Shown: piece by piece, positions 48,116 to 54,113 of the stretch
How the letters are laid out: each line of letters begins with the position of its first letter
Numbering within the stretch: the stretch's first letter is position 1
IMG/VR virus record: IMGVR_UViG_3300042868_006771
Location: 1 to 54,113 of that record
DNA from: a virus
Taxonomy: Duplodnaviria > Caudoviricetes
Length of the DNA: 54,113 bases
Strand: one strand, 5' to 3'
The notes under the pieces: generated by a model
Databases searched by the model: none
The model's input: the letters and a program-made list of their open reading frames with translations, nothing else
What the model was told of the DNA's origin: nothing
Program-made: the position numbers and the translations under genes

Positions 48116-49135
48116 TTATTTTTTGATCTGTGACCAAACACGGTCACGAATCTGTTGAGTCAGAACATCTGGCAACGGCACGTAGTCTAGATCCAGTGCG
48201 GCCTTTTGTCCATTCTTAAATGCCCAGTCAAAGAATTTCAATGCTTCGGCACTTTGTTTACGATCTGTGGGATCCTTGTACATGAGAATAAAACTAGCAG
48301 TGCTCACTGGCCACACTGCGTCGCCCTTTTGATCCACAATGCTCAGGCCCATACCAGGCACACTGAACCAATCTGCACCAGCAGCCGCGGCAGCAAAGGT
48401 GGTGTCATCTGGTGATACCCAGCGACCATTGCGGTTCTGCATCTGCATGAACACCAGTTTGTTTTTCTTCACATACGCATACTCAACATAGCCGATGCTA
48501 CCTTTAATACGTGCCACATTGGCAGCAACACCTTCATTGCCTTTGCCACCCACAGAACTTGGTGCAGGCCATTTTACAGCAGCACCACGACCCACACGTT
48601 CCAACCAGGCAGGACTGGCTGTGCTGAGATAGTCAGTCCAGTTAAATGTGGTACCTGAACCATCAGCACGATGTACAACGGTAATGGTTTGATCTGGCAA
48701 CACCTTGCCGGGATTGAGGGCCTGAAGTCGAGCATCATTCCACTTGGAGATGTCGCCCAAGAAAATTTCTGCCAGCACTGGACCGGTGACTCTGAGTTCA
48801 CCAGGTTTAAATCCCTGTAGATTCACAATGGGCACAGTGCCGCCAATGATGGCAGGAAACTGTACCATGCCTTCTTTTTCTAAATCTGCACCTGACATGG
48901 GTGCATCTGTAGCACCAAATATCACAGTCTTGGCTTTGATCTGTCTGATGCCACCTGAACTGCCGATACTTTGGTAGTTCAATTGAACATCGTGTTTTTC
49001 GCTGTAGATTTCAGCCCACTTGCTATAAATGGGAAAGGGGAAAGTTGCGCCTGCCCCAGTGATGGTGTTTTGAGCATTTGCTGACGGACTCAGCAAATAT
49101 AGTGTTGCGGCCAACAAGGCCAAGATTTTTTTCAT
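48116..49135 (-). CDS. pstS: phosphate ABC transporter substrate-binding protein PstS
   Basis: GAGATFP.P.Y.KW, YQSIGSSGG, FGATD, HRADGSGTT, GKGNEGV, IGYVEY. Confidence 0.96.
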   Translation of the reverse strand: MKKILALLAATLYLLSPSANAQNTITGAGATFPFPIYSKWAEIYSEKHDVQLNYQSIGSSGGIRQIKAKTVIFGATDAPMSGADLEKEGMVQFPAIIGGTVPIVNLQGFKPGELRVTGPVLAEIFLGDISKWNDARLQALNPGKVLPDQTITVVHRADGSGTTFNWTDYLSTASPAWLERVGRGAAVKWPAPSSVGGKGNEGVAANVARIKGSIGYVEYAYVKKNKLVFMQMQNRNGRWVSPDDTTFAAAAAGADWFSVPGMGLSIVDQKGDAVWPVSTASFILMYKDPTDRKQSAEALKFFDWAFKNGQKAALDLDYVPLPDVLTQQIRDRVWSQIKK

Positions 49136-49189
49136 GTGTTTTCCTTTGTGAATTTGTGCGATTGCACAATAATATTTAAACACAAAGAT

Positions 49190-49218
49190 ATTACAGTAGT
49201 GTTACAGTTTCTTGACTG
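49190..49218 (-). promoter_or_regulatory. Pho-box-like triple repeat upstream of pstS
   Basis: minus strand CAGTCAA-gaaa-CTGTAAC-acta-CTGTAAT, 11-nt period. Confidence 0.7.
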
Positions 49219-49354
49219 ATTTGTTCTTTTCGCTGGGACCGGCTGCTTTGGCTTCTTCCAGCATGCGCTCTGTGGCAGGGGTGTTTTGGGGAGGATGATA
49301 CACGTGATGTTTCGGGGGTTCGTGTCGTCGTGGGGCTCGTTTAAACCAACTCAT
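49202..49354 (-). CDS. 50-aa hypothetical protein
   Basis: RBS AAGGA; MSWFKRAPRRHEPPKHHVYHPP... Confidence 0.5.
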   Translation of the reverse strand: MSWFKRAPRRHEPPKHHVYHPPQNTPATERMLEEAKAAGPSEKNKSVKKL

Positions 49355-49413
49355 AGGCGGGTCCTTTGTAGGTTAAAATACTTATTGTGTGGGTTTGAAA
49401 CATAAACTCCAGT

Positions 49414-50616
49414 TTAATTTTGTTCTAGAAGTTGCTGAATTGCAGAGCGATGTTTATAAGTACAATGCTGTTGCATGACAACCATGGCTTGATTCAAATT
49501 AATTTTGTATTCTTCTATCACTTGATCAAATAATCCATTGAAAAAACGCTGTTTGTTACGTTGTGCAATCTCATGCAATTTTGTGTACAATATTTGTTTA
49601 GCGTCCGCATCAAGTGCAGCAATTCTTTTCATTTCTTGAATAATTGCATCTAATCTTTCTTGGCTGTCAGTGATAGTATCATATGTCTCATCAATCAATT
49701 CTGAAAATGTTTCAAATCCATAGTTCCGCAAATATTGCAAACTATCTGGTGTGGCTGCTAGTATAAAAGGCTTACCGCATGCAATAGGCCTAAGTGTTTT
49801 TTCTGTAAGGTGCCAACGTGTGTCGTCAAACAAGGTTTCCAACACAATTTCAATCTCGCATGCAGCATAATCTGAGCTACAGTAATCTGCACTGCTGTCT
49901 GAATTAGCAGTGTTAGCTGGATAAATTTGTTCTAAATTGTGCAAGTGAATTTGAAATTTTTTGTTTGCAAACACATGATTTGTATAGTGTGTGTTATTGT
50001 CAACGGTAGCAAATGATATTTCAGTGTTAGGAATCAAGCCATGCAATACTAGTTGTTGCGCAAAATACAGCCTATATTCTCTAGTGCCGCACCATGCACG
50101 GTTGTAAATCAAGAACGGTTTTTTTATATGTGTTGGGGCATAACTTAATGCAGGATCATGTTGAGCATATCTAAACCAGTCCAGTGCAATTATTGCGTGG
50201 CTCCAAATATATACTGGTACAAAATCGTTTTTTTGATAAATTGTCAAATTTTTGCTGCGGTATTCTGAGTGCAACAGCAAAGTTTTATCAAAACAGTTAT
50301 GAATCATTAATACTGATCTTAAATTAAAGTTGGCTTGATATTCTAACAACTTCGGTTGAGTCAACGCAGGAAATTTTTCTAACAAATTTCGTGTAGATTG
50401 TATTATGTCGCTGCGGGAATAAAATTGCCAATTCAGAGGTTCTTGGTCGTGACATACCATTTGTGCCTTGCTGTTAGATTCCTGGGTAGTGTATTCCAAT
50501 AGAGGTTTAAGATCCTCTATTTTTCTTGAGCCATGTGGCCACCAGCGATAAATTACTAGATCATGGTTGACACAGTCGGCCAAATAGTGATATAATCTGT
50601 CTAAAGGAACACTCAT
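49414..50616 (-). CDS. putative glycosyltransferase-like protein (GT10-like TEK motif)
   Basis: IVLETL...HLTEKTLRP...GKPF...GFETF...DETYD; paralog of 6638-7726. Confidence 0.55.
   Translation of the reverse strand: MSVPLDRLYHYLADCVNHDLVIYRWWPHGSRKIEDLKPLLEYTTQESNSKAQMVCHDQEPLNWQFYSRSDIIQSTRNLLEKFPALTQPKLLEYQANFNLRSVLMIHNCFDKTLLLHSEYRSKNLTIYQKNDFVPVYIWSHAIIALDWFRYAQHDPALSYAPTHIKKPFLIYNRAWCGTREYRLYFAQQLVLHGLIPNTEISFATVDNNTHYTNHVFANKKFQIHLHNLEQIYPANTANSDSSADYCSSDYAACEIEIVLETLFDDTRWHLTEKTLRPIACGKPFILAATPDSLQYLRNYGFETFSELIDETYDTITDSQERLDAIIQEMKRIAALDADAKQILYTKLHEIAQRNKQRFFNGLFDQVIEEYKINLNQAMVVMQQHCTYKHRSAIQQLLEQN
50567..50596 (+). promoter_or_regulatory. sigma70 promoter embedded in the opposite-strand CDS
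   Basis: TTGACA-18nt-TATAAT with TG extension; RBS AAGGA at 50604. Confidence 0.65.
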
Positions 50617-51858
50617 ATGAAAAAAATTGGTTTTATTGGGATCGGCAAACTGGGTCTCGATTGTGCAGAAGTCATGGCTGAGAAGCATGAAGTGCGGGGT
50701 TACGATATTTACCCACGTGAAAGCGACTCAGTAAAAGTTTGTGACATTGCGGAGTTGGTTGACGAAAGCGAATGGATCTTTATTGCGGTGCCCACACCAC
50801 ATGCCCAAGGATATGATGGATCAGTGCCCAGCAGCCACATGGAGCCCAGAGACTTTGGACATGATGCAGTGATTGATGCAATCAAGAATGTTAACCGATA
50901 TGCAACCACACCTAAAAAGGTTGTGTTGATCAGCACAGTGTTGCCCGGCACCACACGTAAACACTTTTATCCTCTATTAGACAGCAAGCATCAGTTCTTG
51001 TACAACCCTTACTTGATTGCCATGGGTAGTGTAAAGTGGGATATGGTCAATCCAGAAATGGTCATGATTGGTACAGAAGACGGAAACCCCAATGCACTAG
51101 CAGGTGAACTGATTGACTTGTACAAAACCATCATGGCAAACGATCCACGCTATGAGATTGGCACCTGGGATGAATGCGAAGCCATCAAGATCTTCTACAA
51201 CACATTTATTTCAGCCAAGGTTGGTCTTGTGAACATGATTCAAGACTTTGCCCTGCGCATTGGCAACATCAATGTAGACGTTGTAACAGATGCCTTGGCA
51301 CGTAGCACCATGCGCATCATGGGACCCAAGTACATGACAGCAGGCATGGGCGATGCAGGTGCTTGCCACCCCCGAGATAACATTGCCCTGCGTTGGTTGG
51401 CCAAAGAATACAACATTGGCTATGACTTGTTTGATACAGTAATGCATGCACGTGAAGTACAGGCCAAGAACTTGGCCATGTACTTGTTGGACCTGAGTGT
51501 GATGCATGACAACATGCCTATTGTGATTCATGGCAAAGCCTACAAACCCGATGTGGAATACTGTATTGGCTCATACTCAACCTTGGTGGGCCACTACATT
51601 GAACAAGAAGGTCGTAAAGTGGTGTACGTTGATCCATTGGCAGATGATCCCGCCAATGTTGTGGCTACAGTGGACACACCTGCAATCTTTTTGTGGGCAC
51701 ACAACCGCAAGATCACTTATGAGTACACCGGTGATCAGCTGGACACACTGCCTTATTGCGACATCCGACCTGGCAGTATCATTGTTGACCCATGGCGCAA
51801 ACTTACATCAACTCCTGAGGTCGAAGTTGTCCACTATGGCAACACAAGAGCTCATTAA
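50617..51858 (+). CDS. UDP-glucose/GDP-mannose dehydrogenase family
   Basis: GIGKLG, IAVPTP, STV.PGTT, E.IK...N, G.G.GACHPRD (catalytic Cys), G.AYKP. Confidence 0.88.
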   Translation: MKKIGFIGIGKLGLDCAEVMAEKHEVRGYDIYPRESDSVKVCDIAELVDESEWIFIAVPTPHAQGYDGSVPSSHMEPRDFGHDAVIDAIKNVNRYATTPKKVVLISTVLPGTTRKHFYPLLDSKHQFLYNPYLIAMGSVKWDMVNPEMVMIGTEDGNPNALAGELIDLYKTIMANDPRYEIGTWDECEAIKIFYNTFISAKVGLVNMIQDFALRIGNINVDVVTDALARSTMRIMGPKYMTAGMGDAGACHPRDNIALRWLAKEYNIGYDLFDTVMHAREVQAKNLAMYLLDLSVMHDNMPIVIHGKAYKPDVEYCIGSYSTLVGHYIEQEGRKVVYVDPLADDPANVVATVDTPAIFLWAHNRKITYEYTGDQLDTLPYCDIRPGSIIVDPWRKLTSTPEVEVVHYGNTRAH

Positions 51859-52354
51859 GTATCATATCCCAATGTTTTGGGATGATGAATACAAACGTTT
51901 GGACTATACCAATGAGTTGTTCAACGATCCTGCCAGTGTTGAACTATGGACCAGTCAAGGCTATGCCAATCAATTCACTGGTGACATGTGTGACATGCGT
52001 GGTCAACAACCCAGTTGGAATAAGACATTCATTGATATCTACACAGAAATGGGCTGGAAAGACATTGGCACCAGTTATTACAGAATGAGCACTGGCACTA
52101 TTTTGCCAGTTCACAGTGACCTATATGTTCGATATATTGACTTGTTTGGTTTAGCCGGGCAAGAACATCGTATACGTAGAGCAGTGGTGTTTTTAGAAGA
52201 TTGGCAATCAGGGCATTACTTTGAAGGTGCAGAAAAACCTGTAGTTAACTGGCAAGCTGGAGATGTGGTTGAATGGATTTATGACTTGCCACACATGGCA
52301 GCAAATGTGGGACTAGACCCTAGATATACACTGCAAATAACAGGATGGGTATGA
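51836..52354 (+). CDS. 2OG-Fe(II) oxygenase-like protein
   Basis: LPVHSD ... H..AN.G...RY.LQ.T (HxD...H...R). Confidence 0.7.
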   Translation: MATQELIKYHIPMFWDDEYKRLDYTNELFNDPASVELWTSQGYANQFTGDMCDMRGQQPSWNKTFIDIYTEMGWKDIGTSYYRMSTGTILPVHSDLYVRYIDLFGLAGQEHRIRRAVVFLEDWQSGHYFEGAEKPVVNWQAGDVVEWIYDLPHMAANVGLDPRYTLQITGWV

Positions 52355-53268
52355 TATCAACATACAACGAATGGGATTCACTCCGACGCATCGTGGTAGG
52401 TCGTGCCAACACAGCCAACTGGCCTGTGAACGATCCTGTGTTCAAAAATGAAGGCGAGAAAACCACTTGGAAAGAAACACCAGTTCCTTCAGGTGCTGTA
52501 GCACAGTGGATAATTGATGAAGCCAACGAAGATCTTGAGATATTGTCCCAAACATTGCAAGACTTGGGTGTGGTAGTGGAACGTCCTGATCCCTGCCTAA
52601 ACTTTCAAACACACGACGGTCTCAGTGCCTACTGCCCCAGAGACCGATTGTTGGTGTATGGTAGTACCATTGTGAATCCTGTGATGATGTATCCCTGCAG
52701 AGACATGGAAGCACAGTGCTACTATAACATCATTGACGAAGCTGAACACTACTTGCACATGCCCAGAAACGAAGGCATGATCTTGGAAGCAGCCAATGTT
52801 TGCAGGCTCAATGACTCATGGTTGGTGTTGGAATCAGCAGGCGGCAATAGAGCCGCATTGAACTGGCTGCGTGAGCAGTTTCCTGCGGTCAACATTGAAA
52901 TGTGCAACTTCTATGCTGGCGTGCATATTGACTCAACCATTGTGCCCATACGTGAAGGCCTGGTGCTGCTGAATGGTACCAGAGTGAATGACACCAATTG
53001 CCCCCGAGTGTTTGAAAATTGGGACAAGATCTACGTGGATGATGTGGTGGCACAGGGCTTTTACCAATATCCTTATGCGTCAAAATGGGTGGGAATGAAC
53101 ATGCTGGCTGTGAATTCAACCACAGTGATCATGGACAAGAACCAACCAGACCTGATTGCCCAACTGGAGCAACGCAAGTTTACAGTGATTCCGTTGGAAT
53201 TACGCCACAGTCGTACACTAGGTGGTGGATTTCACTGTGTTACACTGGATTTGGAACGGGTAAACTAG
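52351..53268 (+). CDS. amidinotransferase (glycine/inosamine-phosphate amidinotransferase family)
   Basis: NEWD.LR...VG, CPRD, HIDST, GGGFHC.TLD. Confidence 0.88.
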   Translation: MISTYNEWDSLRRIVVGRANTANWPVNDPVFKNEGEKTTWKETPVPSGAVAQWIIDEANEDLEILSQTLQDLGVVVERPDPCLNFQTHDGLSAYCPRDRLLVYGSTIVNPVMMYPCRDMEAQCYYNIIDEAEHYLHMPRNEGMILEAANVCRLNDSWLVLESAGGNRAALNWLREQFPAVNIEMCNFYAGVHIDSTIVPIREGLVLLNGTRVNDTNCPRVFENWDKIYVDDVVAQGFYQYPYASKWVGMNMLAVNSTTVIMDKNQPDLIAQLEQRKFTVIPLELRHSRTLGGGFHCVTLDLERVN

Positions 53269-53297
53269 TTGACCAATAAAGGCAACTCATGTATAAT
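53269..53297 (+). promoter_or_regulatory. early sigma70 promoter, leaderless
   Basis: TTGACC-aataaaggcaactcatg-TATAAT, ATG at 53304. Confidence 0.8.
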
Positions 53298-53303
53298 ACA
53301 CAC

Positions 53304-54113
53304 ATGAATACACCTAGAATTGGCTTTGCTTGCAAGTGGCTCAATGATCCCAGTGAATGCGGGGGCATGAAGGTCAATGCAAAGGACCGTGACCTAAACG
53401 GCAGATCAACTACCATGCGATGGCTGCGCGAACATGCGGCGGAAGCCGAGCAACGTCAGTGGGACATCATGAACCACAACGCTGCCGCGGCTGTGCGGCT
53501 GATTGAGCGTGTGGGCACATTGCCGCCTGAACGCAGAATGGTACGTCTGGGCAGTGAAATGCTACAGGGCTACACTGAGAAAGATTGGATTACCTGGTGG
53601 CAACGAGCTGAGGTGCAGGCGCATTGTGAAAAGATCTTTGCACCCATTGGCGAAACTGCTAGACGACTAGATGTACGACTCAGCTTCCATCCTGGACAGT
53701 TCTGTGTGTTGGCTAGTGAGTCGGACGAAATTGTAGAACGCAGTATTTTAGAATTTGAATATCATGCAGACATGGCTCGTTGGATGGGCTATGGCGCTGG
53801 CTGGCATGATCATGGTTTTAAAATTAATGTGCATTTGTCGGGCAAAGGCGGGCCTGCCAAGTTCTTGAAAACTCTGGGCAGACTCACTCCCGAGGCCAGG
53901 AATCTAATCGCTATTGAGAATGATGAGATGTCAAATGGTTTGGACGTTACTCTTGCTGTGGCTGATAGTGTGGCTCTTACTTTGGACATTCATCACCATT
54001 GGATCAACACCGGTGAGTATATTGAACCCATGGATCCACGTGCTCAACGGGTTGTTGAGTCTTGGCGTGGTACTCGCCCTGTTTGTCACTACAGTGTTAG
54101 CCGTGAAGATGTT
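53304..54113 (+). CDS. uvsE: UV-damage endonuclease UvsE/UvdE (runs off window)
   Basis: manual translation: RIGFAC, RLSFHPGQFCVLAS, EFEYH, INVH, IENDE, LDIHHHW. Confidence 0.88.
   Translation, partial: MNTPRIGFACKWLNDPSECGGMKVNAKDRDLNGRSTTMRWLREHAAEAEQRQWDIMNHNAAAAVRLIERVGTLPPERRMVRLGSEMLQGYTEKDWITWWQRAEVQAHCEKIFAPIGETARRLDVRLSFHPGQFCVLASESDEIVERSILEFEYHADMARWMGYGAGWHDHGFKINVHLSGKGGPAKFLKTLGRLTPEARNLIAIENDEMSNGLDVTLAVADSVALTLDIHHHWINTGEYIEPMDPRAQRVVESWRGTRPVCHYSVSREDV

Noticed and set aside
37894-49135. Bacterial chromosomal contamination
   Set aside because: The host-like genes are interleaved with phage-type hypotheticals, share the TAAATA motif and lack their usual operon partners (clpP, pstCAB); read mapping would be needed to exclude a chimera fully
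1-54113. Stop-codon reassignment
   Set aside because: Conserved genes are full length under the standard code, and TAA, TGA and TAG all end genes

Overview
This is a 54-kb internal segment of a large, T4-related tailed (myovirus-like) phage genome, read with the standard genetic code. The host is probably a proteobacterium; this is inferred from the IscU, NrdAB, PstS and porin sequences. Replication genes include a UvsW-like helicase, clamp-loader-like subunit, primase, DnaB/gp41-like helicase, ATP-dependent DNA ligase, NrdAB with glutaredoxin, an exonuclease and a UvsE-type endonuclease. Virion genes include fibre/spike proteins, a PAAR tip and putative head-packaged proteins. Host-like auxiliary genes include IscU/IscA, ClpX-bS21-Hsp20-ClpS, a cytochrome c and sugar-modifying enzymes. 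The main findings are: (1) a phosphate-scavenging set (PlcP-like phospholipase, Agt-like glycolipid glycosyltransferase, PstS, OprP-like porin), where plcP and pstS each have triple Pho-box repeats exactly 11 nt before a phage late-type TAAATA element; (2) two different truncated C-family (DnaE) polymerases, one only 186 aa; (3) a nucleotidyltransferase-ligase fusion among putative head proteins; (4) an AT-rich cassette flanked by a duplicated helicase 3' end; (5) a candidate structured ncRNA and a ROSE-like thermometer. All functional calls come from motif reading by eye; no database searches were run.
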